64,000 bases of DNA from a virus. Positions 49,370 through 59,587 of the stretch are shown here, one piece after another. A model generated the notes under the pieces. The model did no database searches and was not told the origin of the DNA. It saw only the letters and a list, made by a program, of their open reading frames with translations. Numbering within the stretch: the first letter of the stretch is position 1; every line of letters starts with the position of its first letter. Location of the stretch: positions 1 through 64,000 of IMG/VR virus record IMGVR_UViG_3300035698_019240; one strand, written 5' to 3'. A program made the position numbers and the translations under genes.

Positions 49370-51133
49370 TTACGGTGTAACCGCCGTTACTAATTCTGTA
49401 AACGACGCACCTGTTTTAGTTGCGATAAAATTCAATACGATGAACTCAGAAGACCTGGTAGGCTTAACATAAATATCTAACCAAAGTTCATTACGATCAA
49501 CTCTTTCTGGTGTATTATTTCTTTCATCACATACAACTAAGAAATCATAAACACCTCTTCTTGCTTTAACATCTCTCAAAAAAGGTTCTACCATATCAAT
49601 TAAAAGAAGTCTTGTATAGTCATCATTAGGCTCAAATAAGAAATACTTAGCGGCTGTTGCTATAGCCTTCTCAAGAACTATAAATAATCTACGAACATTA
49701 ATTCTATTGAATGCTGATGATTTATCTAATAGGTTCTTTTGACCCCATATAACTTTACCTTGACCAGAAAACGATACAACTGGGTTGATACCGTTCTTAT
49801 AGAGAATGTCTCTATGTCCTTGGGTTGGATTCCATGCAAGTTTTCTAATGCCTGTTAGAATTGCTCTATTGAGTCCTGCTGGAGCGAACCAAGGATCACT
49901 AACATCATCCGTATTAGCAAAAATTCCTGCAGCATGTCCTGACATTGGAATCCATCTATATTGTGCATTCCATTTATCATAAACATTCAACCAATTACCA
50001 TAGAGAACAGCGTAACTTGTATTCTCATTAAGAGTTGTTGTTCTATAATCTCTAAGGTCAGTTGTTTCAGAACCTTTGTTATTTATTACTGATGTACTAA
50101 GACAATCAAGTATTGCAACTGAATCTAATCTAGCTTCACAAATCTCTATGAGGCTTGATTTTACTGTAGTTGATTTATTAGAGTCAATGAAAATATTAAC
50201 ATCAATTTCCTCAGGACTTTCATATAATTCAAATGCTTCAATAATGTTTGCATCTGATACAACATCAGCTACATGACTATCATCACTATTCTGACCACCG
50301 GCAAAACTTTGATAATCAAGATGACCCATAACGGATACATCAGTATTATTTGTTGCTGCCGATATAGCAACTCTTATATAATTAGATTCTTGATTGATTA
50401 CATTTTCTATAAAAATATTTCTACCTTCATCATCTTTTTTATTTGGATCAACAGATGTGTAAAATGTTTCTTTAACAGAATATGTAGTTTTCCCTTGACT
50501 CATAACACTTACAAGTATCATAAGATCAGTTGTTTCATCAAGTGTCATATCAACATCAATTACATCATTGTAAAGTGTTGTTGAAAGACCTGTTGTGTTT
50601 AATGTATCGCCTGCGTTTGCTTTAACTTCATCAAATTTTGTTTTACCAAGAACAGCTACTCTTATGTTATTACCCCATGCACCTCTTGAAGAGGCAATGA
50701 ATGCAATATTTGAAGTTAGTTCAGGAGAAGCTGCTCCGAACGCTTCATCAGCGAATTCATCTGGATCTGTACTATCAAAATCACCTAAGATATAGGCGTT
50801 TGCTGTAGAGTATGATGTTGCTGTAGTACCAGATGCCGCAGATGTGTACATTCCGGAAAATGTTGAATCATCTGACATACATCTTGTACAATATAATGTG
50901 TTACCAAATTTTAAATATCCTGTCGCAGTAAGAATATCAACATATGATCTTGTTTCTGGTTCACCAAATATATCTATAAGTTCATCAACCGTGGTTATTA
51001 ATTGTCTTTTTAACTCAGGACCTTTATAAGTGTCACGGAGTACAGTTACAGCAATTGATGTTGCTACTGCTGGAATTGTTGTGGATAAGTCAATCTCGTT
51101 TACATCTACTAATGGGCTTAAATATAGTGCCAT
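49370..51133 (-). CDS. Tail sheath protein (gp18-like)
   Basis: SP.V.V.E.DL, PWFAPAGLNR, INPVV.F, SAFNRINVRRLF and KPTRS.EFI motifs. Confidence 0.95.
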   Translation of the reverse strand: MALYLSPLVDVNEIDLSTTIPAVATSIAVTVLRDTYKGPELKRQLITTVDELIDIFGEPETRSYVDILTATGYLKFGNTLYCTRCMSDDSTFSGMYTSAASGTTATSYSTANAYILGDFDSTDPDEFADEAFGAASPELTSNIAFIASSRGAWGNNIRVAVLGKTKFDEVKANAGDTLNTTGLSTTLYNDVIDVDMTLDETTDLMILVSVMSQGKTTYSVKETFYTSVDPNKKDDEGRNIFIENVINQESNYIRVAISAATNNTDVSVMGHLDYQSFAGGQNSDDSHVADVVSDANIIEAFELYESPEEIDVNIFIDSNKSTTVKSSLIEICEARLDSVAILDCLSTSVINNKGSETTDLRDYRTTTLNENTSYAVLYGNWLNVYDKWNAQYRWIPMSGHAAGIFANTDDVSDPWFAPAGLNRAILTGIRKLAWNPTQGHRDILYKNGINPVVSFSGQGKVIWGQKNLLDKSSAFNRINVRRLFIVLEKAIATAAKYFLFEPNDDYTRLLLIDMVEPFLRDVKARRGVYDFLVVCDERNNTPERVDRNELWLDIYVKPTRSSEFIVLNFIATKTGASFTELVTAVTP

Positions 51134-51188
51134 ATTATTTTTCTCCTTTTCATTATGCAGTAATCTGCATAAGCATATTCATTACTAT

Positions 51189-51220
51189 TATTTATACTAT
51201 TATTTATAAAATTATTTATA
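51189..51220 (-). promoter_or_regulatory. Three tandem T4-type late promoter boxes TATAAATA
   Basis: Exact motifs at 51189, 51201 and 51213, upstream of the sheath gene. Confidence 0.65.
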
Positions 51221-51228
51221 AAATTATC

Positions 51229-51738
51229 TTATTCAATAGCACGAATTTCAAATCTATTATATACAAATGACGCCTGACATTCTAAAAGACTTTCACCTTC
51301 TCTTTGGGATAATGATACCTCGCCTAACATATTAGGCCAAACATCTACAAAAAAGATTTTTAAAGTTTCATTGTGAAAATTATCAATAATTCTTAATGTT
51401 GCGTCTACTGTATAATTTTTATAATCTTCTGAAAATTTATCTTTAGAATTATTGATGTACATTATCCATTTAAATAGTAACTGCCAGTTTTTAAATTCCG
51501 AATCAACAAGGAAATTTACATTCCATTGTTCCCATTCTGCTTTACCTGTAGCCTTTGTTCTTTTTGTTCCCATCCAATCATCAATACCTGTTTCTAATGT
51601 TAAACTAGGAATGATTGTTGAAAATATATTTAAAGTGAGTTCATCATTATCTTTAAAACCAGCAGCTCTTGGTATAAGAGGAAATACTAATTCAAAATTT
51701 GTTGGCGAACTTTTATTTACTTGTGTAGCGAGAGCCAT
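51229..51738 (-). CDS. Tail completion / tube terminator (gp3-like)
   Basis: N..SP.NF...IP.L...F.VD..F.NW..LFKW...DATL.I...F....P..L motifs. Confidence 0.7.
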   Translation of the reverse strand: MALATQVNKSSPTNFELVFPLIPRAAGFKDNDELTLNIFSTIIPSLTLETGIDDWMGTKRTKATGKAEWEQWNVNFLVDSEFKNWQLLFKWIMYINNSKDKFSEDYKNYTVDATLRIIDNFHNETLKIFFVDVWPNMLGEVSLSQREGESLLECQASFVYNRFEIRAIE

Positions 51739-51746
51739 TTATACTC

Positions 51747-52613
51747 CTATTGGTAGATGCTATCTAAAAATCCATCGTCACCAAATTCGGCAAGATGTGT
51801 ATTTCCATGATTTTCATTACCATCAAATATTTCATAATCTAACATTTTACCTGCTTCTGTTTCCCATGGTGTGGAACCTTCTATTACTAATGATTCAGCT
51901 TCATGACCACTAGCACCAGATGTAAACATACTTGTAGGATCTTCATATCTATGTTCTTCCCAAGTATCTTTGTCCGTATAAAATCTTGTTATCATTTTCT
52001 CAACAACCCCACCATTAGTGCCTCCAAGAATTTCAAGAGGTTTAAACATGTATGTATGAACCATAAAATCAATATTCCATTTTATAACTCTTGGTTCATC
52101 ATCAGCCATGATATCGTTAACTTCAGGAGAGCAAGCCAGAAATATTACTTTGGTATCAATAGATGCATCATATTCTGGAATATTAACTCTCATCATTATT
52201 TCAGGTGCAAAATAAGGAAGTATTTGCTCAAGTATTTGATCTACATCAACCATATGAAGAGACCATAGACTTATTGTAAATGATATATTGTATGGTGTTG
52301 TATTAGGAAATCTTTCCAATCTACCAGCACTTGGTGTTGAACTCTTTAAAATAGTGCTTAATCTATTACCAAGTCTATCAGCTGCAAATTCAATAGAAGT
52401 TATTGATGCTGACATTATAGGAAGAACTTCTTCACTCTTTCTCTCATTTACCCAATACCATATCTTCTCTTTAGGTCCATATTTTAATGGAACCTTTATT
52501 CTTGATCGTCTGCTTCCATCTCTGTTATATCTTACAATTTTGATATCATTGAAAAGATCCAAAAATTGGATTATATTTTTTCTTAGAATGTTATTATAAT
52601 AGTATTTTTTCAT
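51747..52613 (-). CDS. Tail sheath stabiliser (gp15-like)
   Basis: YYY...RK.I..F..LFNDI, IKVPL.YGPKEK and QILEQILPYF.P motifs. Confidence 0.88.
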   Translation of the reverse strand: MKKYYYNNILRKNIIQFLDLFNDIKIVRYNRDGSRRSRIKVPLKYGPKEKIWYWVNERKSEEVLPIMSASITSIEFAADRLGNRLSTILKSSTPSAGRLERFPNTTPYNISFTISLWSLHMVDVDQILEQILPYFAPEIMMRVNIPEYDASIDTKVIFLACSPEVNDIMADDEPRVIKWNIDFMVHTYMFKPLEILGGTNGGVVEKMITRFYTDKDTWEEHRYEDPTSMFTSGASGHEAESLVIEGSTPWETEAGKMLDYEIFDGNENHGNTHLAEFGDDGFLDSIYQ

Positions 52614-52623
52614 TTATTAATTC

Positions 52624-53229
52624 CTAATAGCCGTAAGTCTCGGTATCTACATCTGAATAATCATCAATGACATCGGAAGCATCTTCTATAAATTCATTGT
52701 CTCCCCATGCTGAAATAGGAGCAGATTCGGTTATGTCTGCTGAATCTGATTGATCTGAGAATCTGAAAGGCTTTAAAATAAATTCCCATATTAATTTTTC
52801 CAATTGAAATATTTGTGATTCTTCATGAACATCTACAACCTCATATACTTGATTGTTCCAAAGAGTTTTCAATACATCTCCTGGTTTTGGACTGTAAGAA
52901 CCAGATACATCTCTTGAGAAAGTAAATTTTGGTATTGAGGCAAATTGCACCATGTCCTCTGATGTTATACCAAATCCTGTGGTAGATGTTACTTCCTCTG
53001 TAGGTTCATATATAATTTTTGTTCTTAATGCATCCAAGTATTCTGTGTTTGTGGACTCTCCATAGAGTTGGTCCATAGCAATACTTTCATCTCTGATATA
53101 ATAATCTATAGCAATACCACTGATGTCCGTAAATTCTGTGATATAGCCTACGAATAACTTATGCTCTGGATTGTCTTCCAGATCGTACATATTCCATTCA
53201 GGTTTACTACTTTCGAAAGGGTTAGCCAT
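52624..53229 (-). CDS. Neck protein (gp14-like)
   Basis: G....Y..R......LYGE...FG....D...P..GD...YEV..V motifs. Confidence 0.75.
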   Translation of the reverse strand: MANPFESSKPEWNMYDLEDNPEHKLFVGYITEFTDISGIAIDYYIRDESIAMDQLYGESTNTEYLDALRTKIIYEPTEEVTSTTGFGITSEDMVQFASIPKFTFSRDVSGSYSPKPGDVLKTLWNNQVYEVVDVHEESQIFQLEKLIWEFILKPFRFSDQSDSADITESAPISAWGDNEFIEDASDVIDDYSDVDTETYGY

Positions 53230-53232
53230 TAA

Positions 53233-53469
53233 TTATACCTCTACTCCAGCATTTCTTAAAAAATCACGAAGGTCATTTCCTGCTTTAACAAACTTTTTTC
53301 TTAAAGTGTGAAACTTAGAATTTTTTATTTCTGAGAAATTACTATAATCCATAAATCCATAACCAAATCCTTCATTATCCATAATACCTGATAAATCTTC
53401 AACATCCTCATCACTCAATTCTTTTTTTATAACTTCATTTATATACTCATCTATTTTTTCAGTTATCAT
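53233..53469 (-). CDS. Small putative internal head protein
   Basis: MITEKIDEYINE leader; paralog of 53479. Confidence 0.65.
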   Translation of the reverse strand: MITEKIDEYINEVIKKELSDEDVEDLSGIMDNEGFGYGFMDYSNFSEIKNSKFHTLRKKFVKAGNDLRDFLRNAGVEV

Positions 53470-53478
53470 TGTTGCTCC

Positions 53479-53688
53479 TTAATAAATATAACCTTTTAAT
53501 TCATTTGTAGCTTTAATAAACTTTTTTCTTAAAGCGTGAAATTTTTTATCTTGTATATTTTTAAAACTTGATCCAAAATCAAGAAATGCTTGTTCAAATC
53601 CTTCCTTCTCTATAATCGTATCTATATATTCAAAATCATCTTCACTCAATCCTTCGTTTAAATACTCATCTATTTTTTCTGTTATCAT
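53479..53688 (-). CDS. Small putative internal head protein
   Basis: MITEKIDEYLNE leader. Confidence 0.65.
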   Translation of the reverse strand: MITEKIDEYLNEGLSEDDFEYIDTIIEKEGFEQAFLDFGSSFKNIQDKKFHALRKKFIKATNELKGYIY

Positions 53689-53702
53689 ATTAATTTCCTT
53701 TT

Positions 53703-53930
53703 CTATAAAAAATCTATCATTGACTTTAGATGTTTAATTTCATTATCCATATTATAAATTAAATCAAAAGCTTCCGCTTCCTTTCCACTTTTTATTTTCT
53801 TCTTTACATTATTTAACTGTTTAATAATATCATCTATCATATTAATTTTTCTTTTTTGACCGGTTTTCACTTCATCAACCTTTTTATCGTTAGCTTCATT
53901 TAAATATTCATCTATTTTTTCTGTTATCAT
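53703..53930 (-). CDS. Small putative internal head protein
   Basis: MITEKIDEYLNE leader on an unrelated body. Confidence 0.65.
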   Translation of the reverse strand: MITEKIDEYLNEANDKKVDEVKTGQKRKINMIDDIIKQLNNVKKKIKSGKEAEAFDLIYNMDNEIKHLKSMIDFL

Positions 53931-53931
53931 A

Positions 53932-54135
53932 TTAGTCAGCCTGTCTTTTCATCAATTTTAGTAAAGATTCTATCTTATCCATTCTTTGTTCAAGTTTTTT
54001 AACTCTTTGTTCAAGGTTTGTACCTGGCGATCCACCATCTCTTCCAAACTCATCAACCTTTTGTTCAGGTTTAATTATTTGTTTAATTGTTCCTTCACTC
54101 ATCATTTTTTCATATGCTGATTGTACTTTATTCAT
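53932..54135 (-). CDS. Small coiled-coil protein
   Basis: Late promoter and RBS upstream. Confidence 0.6.
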   Translation of the reverse strand: MNKVQSAYEKMMSEGTIKQIIKPEQKVDEFGRDGGSPGTNLEQRVKKLEQRMDKIESLLKLMKRQAD

Positions 54136-54145
54136 TTTAAACTCC

Positions 54146-54153
54146 TATTTATA
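54146..54153 (-). promoter_or_regulatory. T4-type late promoter TATAAATA
   Basis: Exact motif. Confidence 0.6.
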
Positions 54154-54180
54154 TTTTCATCAATCTCATTATCCTTTATA

Positions 54181-54999
54181 TTACCCAAAAAGTATACCAT
54201 ATCCATCAAATGCCTCTTCCAGGTGTAATTTTTCCTCAAGAGCAAGAACTTTCTCATTACCCTCGGAGATTAGAGAATCACCATCAAGTGATATTCCAAC
54301 ATTACCAATTGACGCAAAATTGGCAAATTTATTTCTGATGCGTCCAATAATTACCATACTCTGTGCAAATGCATAATCTAATATCCAATCCTCACCATAA
54401 AAATCAGTATTACTGTCGCCAGTTTCCCAATCAGAATATGTAGATCCTTCAATCATGTAACCCTTCAACAAAATAAATCCCGGTGAGTCAATCACTATTG
54501 TTCCACCTGATGCGTTTAATACCTCTAATGATGACCCAGAAGATGGTGCCGGATGAATTTCTAATTGATTTGAATATCGGTGATACTTCCAGTTATACGA
54601 ATCAGGAGTATATTTTCTTAGCGTCTCCAAAAAGTCCAAAGCTATATGATAATCAATCATAGAATATGGATTACCAGATGTTGTTCGCATACCATCATAT
54701 AGTCCCTGATTATACATGTAATTGTCTATAGTAAACAGCGTATTAATCCCACCTGTAGAAAAGTCCGATAGATAGGCTACTATTTCAGTAACACCTATAG
54801 GTAGATCGTAAAAATTTTGACCACCAGAGAGTGCAATTGTGAAGAAAACCTCGTGTGTACTTTGTCCTACTGCCCATTTTATCCACTTTTGACGAGCAAA
54901 ATCAATCGAATCAAAAATTTGTGAGTTATCTAACTCCACTTTTACCATGGGGTGTCCAAATCTTCTTCTTATTTTTTCCGCAAGTTCTATTTTTGTCAT
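54181..54999 (-). CDS. Neck protein (gp13-like)
   Basis: RR.G.P.V.VELD..QI.D.ID; W..DY..A......G..R.KF...G..L.G motifs. Confidence 0.88.
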   Translation of the reverse strand: MTKIELAEKIRRRFGHPMVKVELDNSQIFDSIDFARQKWIKWAVGQSTHEVFFTIALSGGQNFYDLPIGVTEIVAYLSDFSTGGINTLFTIDNYMYNQGLYDGMRTTSGNPYSMIDYHIALDFLETLRKYTPDSYNWKYHRYSNQLEIHPAPSSGSSLEVLNASGGTIVIDSPGFILLKGYMIEGSTYSDWETGDSNTDFYGEDWILDYAFAQSMVIIGRIRNKFANFASIGNVGISLDGDSLISEGNEKVLALEEKLHLEEAFDGYGILFG

Positions 55000-55091
55000 A
55001 TTATTTCCTTTATATTTTTATAAATAATTTTACCCGTTTTTTTACTGGATTTTTTAAAAATCCTCAAAAAAAGTAAACCTACCACTCATTA

Positions 55092-55099
55092 TATTTATA
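55092..55099 (-). promoter_or_regulatory. T4-type late promoter TATAAATA
   Basis: Exact motif upstream of the gp13-like gene. Confidence 0.5.
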
Positions 55100-55263
55100 T
55101 AAAAAAATCTGAATATAAAAAAGTGTTTAAGTATTTTTAGTAAGTTTACTACCTGTCGTGGTAGTATATAATGGAGGTGGAATAAAAATAAATGGGTGTG
55201 AAAGTCCAAGTTTTATCATTTTAATTGGACTTACCACCACCTTACTAATATAAAGGATAATAA

Positions 55264-56055
55264 GTGAAATATAAAGATGGAATAGCAAAAGGATTAACGA
55301 AACATCCAACGATTGAAGGGATGTGGAGGGATAAAAATAGGAAACACTACCTTATAGGTGTATGCCATCGTTGTGGCTCCAAAATGTTTTATTATAAGGG
55401 AAATAAGGGAAGTAAGGTGAAGAATAACTATTGTGATAAGAAATGTATCAGTAAAGACCGTGAGTTATCCGAAGAACATAAAAGAAATATAGGTAAAGCA
55501 AGGAAAGGTCGGAAACATTCAGAAGAAACTAAAAGGAAAATGAGTGAGGTAAAGAAAGGTTGTAAAGGTCGGAAACAGTCAGAAGAAACCAAAAAGAAGT
55601 TGAGTTCTTATATGCAAGGAAGGTATGTCGGAGATAAACATCCTTTTTATGGGAAGAAACACTCGGAGGAAAGTAAAAGGAAAATGAGTGTTTCTACTAG
55701 TGGTAAGAGTCATCCTTTGTATATAGACGGACAAGGTAATTACCCATACACATCCGACTTTACGAAGGAATTGAAGGTAAAAATAAAAGTAAGGGATGGT
55801 GGTGTTTGTCAAGGTCGTAAGTGTAGCAGTAAAAGTAAAAATTATTGCGTCCACCACGTAGATAGAAACCATATAAATTGTAATGAGTGGAACCTGATTT
55901 ATATTTGTTTATCGTGTAATATGAAGGCGGCCCATAATTTAATAAAGGATTATATATACTATACTTCTATAATGGGACATTTTGACCCAGGAGTGGTAGA
56001 AGCATTTGAAAGGATTGAATTGGAGAGGAAGCAAAGGAAGGTAAATAGAAATTAA
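55264..56055 (+). CDS. NUMOD3-repeat HNH homing endonuclease, antisense to flanking genes
   Basis: Several KHSEETKRKMS repeats; RDG..CQ...VHHVD...NLI.ICLSCN. Confidence 0.85.
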   Translation: MKYKDGIAKGLTKHPTIEGMWRDKNRKHYLIGVCHRCGSKMFYYKGNKGSKVKNNYCDKKCISKDRELSEEHKRNIGKARKGRKHSEETKRKMSEVKKGCKGRKQSEETKKKLSSYMQGRYVGDKHPFYGKKHSEESKRKMSVSTSGKSHPLYIDGQGNYPYTSDFTKELKVKIKVRDGGVCQGRKCSSKSKNYCVHHVDRNHINCNEWNLIYICLSCNMKAAHNLIKDYIYYTSIMGHFDPGVVEAFERIELERKQRKVNRN

Positions 56056-57599
56056 TCGTATAATGAACTATCGGTAACCCACGACCAATCTTCTACTTCA
56101 CTTTCTATATCTGATAATATACCCCATATTTCTTCTTCACTATCTTTCTTTTCTTCAAAAGAAAAAGATTCATCAAAAATATTCATTTCTAAGATATAAG
56201 ATCCCCAATATAAAGCACTTACACAGTCATCAGGTTTATCTTTACCAAAGAATTTACCCTTTTCTTCAATGAATGATCCTAATTCCTCTATAGTTTCTTT
56301 ATCTATAAGTTCAATACTTCCATCTTCTATAAGTTTTTTCATGAGTAGAACAGCCTTAGGTTTAGTTGTTTTTGTTGCACGAATTCCAAGATTAGCTGTT
56401 TTCATTCCAGTATTAACAAGATTTTCATTTTCATGTTCCCACCAAATTCTTTGTATAACAGCAGAACCTTCTCCATTATTTTCACACATAATATGTGCGT
56501 TGTTATAATAATATGATATACGATTTATAATATCAGAAAAATCATACACATCTGTTTGGTTATGTCTGAAAACGGCAACCTGTTTCATTTTAATAGGTGT
56601 CATTCTTATAAGTTTTAAAACTTGTATAACTGACCAGTTTTCACCAGTACCCTTTGCAGGATCAACACCAAGAACATATTTTGCATCTTTTTCAGGTTTT
56701 TCATAAATTGATAATCTATCTTGTAAATCCATTATCTCTGGTTCTTTACTAATAGAAAGTAATACTTTCAAAACTTCAGGAGATATAACGGTATTTGTAG
56801 AACCTACAAATTCAACATTAAACTCTTGAGCAAACTTAATTTTACCAAGATTTTTTACTTGCTCCTCAGCCCATTCTATATCTCTTCCTGGGACATCACT
56901 CCATGTAACCTTCTTATGTTTGAATGTATTGAGGCCTGCTTCGGATTGACTATAGATTCTATGGAATATATTGAATAGACCGTTAGGTGTGGATATAATT
57001 ATAATTTTGGCTTTCTTTGATGCGGAAATTGTTGGATAATTTGCTGCCCAGAATTCTTCTGCTTGACTACCAGGTACGAAAGCAAACTCGTCACAAATTA
57101 ATAGATTCATGGATTCACCACGAAAAGCGTCAGCAGATGTAGCTGATATAAAAATTCGCGTCCCGTTATCAAAGGTCACGAACATTTTGGAATATTCGGA
57201 TGCTCCTGGTTTTAGCCATAGTGGAAGTCCCTCCCACATTCTTTTCAATCTGGCCAATATCATTTTTGCTGAGGATTCTTTATTGGAAACGATACCTATA
57301 TTCTTATCCTTATTGAAAAGGGCGTACCATAAAGCGTATACACATACTGTCGTGGTTTTACCACTTTGACGTGAGCATAAAGATACAGAGAATCTATTAT
57401 TCTTATAAAGTTTCAGGAGGTCTCTTTGATAGTCGTAAGGCTCGTAAAGCATTTCTCCTTCATCAGGATTGATGATTTTGACATATTTCATAAAATAGAA
57501 TAAACTATCACGGCATTTGCCTAATTCTACTATATCTTCTGGTGAATATTCTATCTCCTCTCCAGGTCTTTTAACAAATTGATCATATTTCACCGGCAT
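56052..57599 (-). CDS. terL: Terminase large subunit (gp17-like)
   Basis: SRQSGKTT Walker A, LLICDEFAF Walker B, ISTPNG, GVDPAKG, ENNGEG and DDCV motifs. Confidence 0.95.
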   Translation of the reverse strand: MPVKYDQFVKRPGEEIEYSPEDIVELGKCRDSLFYFMKYVKIINPDEGEMLYEPYDYQRDLLKLYKNNRFSVSLCSRQSGKTTTVCVYALWYALFNKDKNIGIVSNKESSAKMILARLKRMWEGLPLWLKPGASEYSKMFVTFDNGTRIFISATSADAFRGESMNLLICDEFAFVPGSQAEEFWAANYPTISASKKAKIIIISTPNGLFNIFHRIYSQSEAGLNTFKHKKVTWSDVPGRDIEWAEEQVKNLGKIKFAQEFNVEFVGSTNTVISPEVLKVLLSISKEPEIMDLQDRLSIYEKPEKDAKYVLGVDPAKGTGENWSVIQVLKLIRMTPIKMKQVAVFRHNQTDVYDFSDIINRISYYYNNAHIMCENNGEGSAVIQRIWWEHENENLVNTGMKTANLGIRATKTTKPKAVLLMKKLIEDGSIELIDKETIEELGSFIEEKGKFFGKDKPDDCVSALYWGSYILEMNIFDESFSFEEKKDSEEEIWGILSDIESEVEDWSWVTDSSLYD

Positions 57600-57631
57600 C
57601 TAAATCACCCCCTACGTTTCAACACATCTTC

Positions 57632-58159
57632 TTATTTTATATATATATTTCCTTTAACTTTACTTACCTTTCTTACATCTTCTTCTGTAAATTCTTTTGT
57701 GTTACCACTACACCTAAAATTACCATCAACTATCTTTGGTGCTCCGTCCAATGATGTAAGTTTATTCTCAGTACAGTCAAAAAATCCACCAACACTCTTT
57801 GGTGATCCTTTAAGTGAAGTTAGTCTATTATTACTACACCAAAAAATTCCATCAACATTCTTTGGTGATCCTTCTAATGAGGTTAGTTTATTACCACGAC
57901 ACCAAAAATCTCCACCAACATTCTTTGGTGATCCTTTAAGTGAGATTAATTTGTTACCATTACATTTAAAATTACCTTTTACACTATATTCCCCTAAATC
58001 TTTAAGTTCTTGTGGTAATTCTTTAAGATTGAGATTACTAATATCTATCTTATTAAATACACTTACATTTCCTTTAATATTATATTTTAAAGATTTACCA
58101 TTAATTTTTAAATATTCTTCACAAATAAAATATATATTTATTCTTTCTATTATATCCAT
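57632..58159 (-). CDS. Leucine-rich-repeat-like protein (22-aa repeats)
   Basis: LTSL.GSPK.V.G.F.C..N repeats; probable start MDIIE after GAGGAG. Confidence 0.8.
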   Translation of the reverse strand: MDIIERINIYFICEEYLKINGKSLKYNIKGNVSVFNKIDISNLNLKELPQELKDLGEYSVKGNFKCNGNKLISLKGSPKNVGGDFWCRGNKLTSLEGSPKNVDGIFWCSNNRLTSLKGSPKSVGGFFDCTENKLTSLDGAPKIVDGNFRCSGNTKEFTEEDVRKVSKVKGNIYIK

Positions 58160-58245
58160 ATTACATCTCCTCACATTAAATTCTAAGCATAAAAAAACCT
58201 TCTATCATTCCTTATTTAGAACAAGTAGAAGGCTTTTTACTTAAT
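58150..58245 (-). repeat. Leader copy 1: terminator-like hairpin with TCTAAATA in the loop, plus RBS
   Basis: Direct repeat of ~59473-59568. Confidence 0.7.
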
Positions 58246-58259
58246 TTATCTATATATCC

Positions 58260-59483
58260 TTACCACTTTATTGTTACTTTTCTCTTTACCTTACTTATCT
58301 TTCTTACTTCCTTTCTTGTAAATTGTTTTGTATTATTAGAACAGTCGAAGTTCCCACCGACAATCTTTGGTGCACCTTTCAATGTTGTAAGTTTATTATC
58401 ATTACAATGAAAATTCTTACCAACATTCTCTGGTGCACCTTTCAATGTTGTAAGTTTATTATTATCACAATGAAAATCACCACCAACACTCTTTGGTGCA
58501 CCTTCTAATGAAGTTAAATTATTACTATTACAATAAAAATCACTATTCATAATCTTTGGTGCATATTTCAATGATGTAAGTTTATTTTGGCCACACCTAA
58601 AAAGTCCACCTATACTTGTTGGTATTCCTTCTAATGATGTAAGTTTATTAATGCTACAATCAAAGTATCCTCTCACATGATATTCACCAAGATCCTTCAA
58701 TTCTTGTGGTATTTCTTTAAGGTTTGCATCATCAATGTTCATCTCAGCAAACACATAAACACCATTTTTTATTTCATAGTGAAATCTCCTACCAAGTACT
58801 CTGAATGTGTCTAATATCTTTAATCCTATTTTATCCACAAAGAACTTTCCTAACTTTTCATTTTCCTTAAAGAAATCTTCCAAATCCATTGTATCATCGT
58901 TTCTTCTGTCTTGTATTTCAGTATCTATATTGTTTTTATTAATAAACAATTGATACAACTCCTTATTAGGTTTATTCTTATTCCTTATAACATATAATTT
59001 TCCTTTTTTGTTATAACTTTTCCAATGTGTAGGACCTCTACTTTTACTGGCCGTACACCATGATGTTATTTTTCCATAAGCACCACAAGAGCTTTCAAAG
59101 TCTTTAGGTATTTCCACAATCCATTGTGAATCTGAATATATAACCTCATTAGATTCGTTACTTGATAGTTCCGCCAATTCGTCAAAAGATTTTAACCTAC
59201 TTATATCTCCTTTAAAGTTTATAAGTTTTTTTCTTAGACTATCTAAATTTTTAATTTCCAGTTTTCCTTTTTTATACCAATTCAATATAGTATTGGAAAA
59301 TTTTCCAAGTTTTTTAATCACCTTTCCTTTTATTTTTGAGGTTGGATCTGCACTTACAATTGCCATAAAAGTATTTATAGGCATGTAGTTATAGAATTTA
59401 TCATATGCTATTTCTCCTGATATTTCGGTTAGCATATATTCTTCACCGATAAGATATATATCTATAGTTTTTATTATATCCAA
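58260..59483 (-). CDS. Protein with a WCTA-motif N-terminal domain and C-terminal LRR-like repeats
   Basis: YG..T.WCTA; LTSLEGAP..V.G.F.C..N repeats; probable TTG start. Confidence 0.75.
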   Translation of the reverse strand: MDIIKTIDIYLIGEEYMLTEISGEIAYDKFYNYMPINTFMAIVSADPTSKIKGKVIKKLGKFSNTILNWYKKGKLEIKNLDSLRKKLINFKGDISRLKSFDELAELSSNESNEVIYSDSQWIVEIPKDFESSCGAYGKITSWCTASKSRGPTHWKSYNKKGKLYVIRNKNKPNKELYQLFINKNNIDTEIQDRRNDDTMDLEDFFKENEKLGKFFVDKIGLKILDTFRVLGRRFHYEIKNGVYVFAEMNIDDANLKEIPQELKDLGEYHVRGYFDCSINKLTSLEGIPTSIGGLFRCGQNKLTSLKYAPKIMNSDFYCNSNNLTSLEGAPKSVGGDFHCDNNKLTTLKGAPENVGKNFHCNDNKLTTLKGAPKIVGGNFDCSNNTKQFTRKEVRKISKVKRKVTIKW

Positions 59484-59568
59484 GTTACATCTCCTCATAT
59501 TAAGTTCAAAGCATAAAAAAGCCTTCTATTATCCTTATTTAGAACAAGTAGAAGGCTTTTTACCTAAT
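59473..59568 (-). repeat. Leader copy 2: terminator-like hairpin with TCTAAATA in the loop, plus RBS
   Basis: aaaaagccttcta...tagaaggcttttt. Confidence 0.7.
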
Positions 59569-59587
59569 TAATGTGAGAATTATATGT

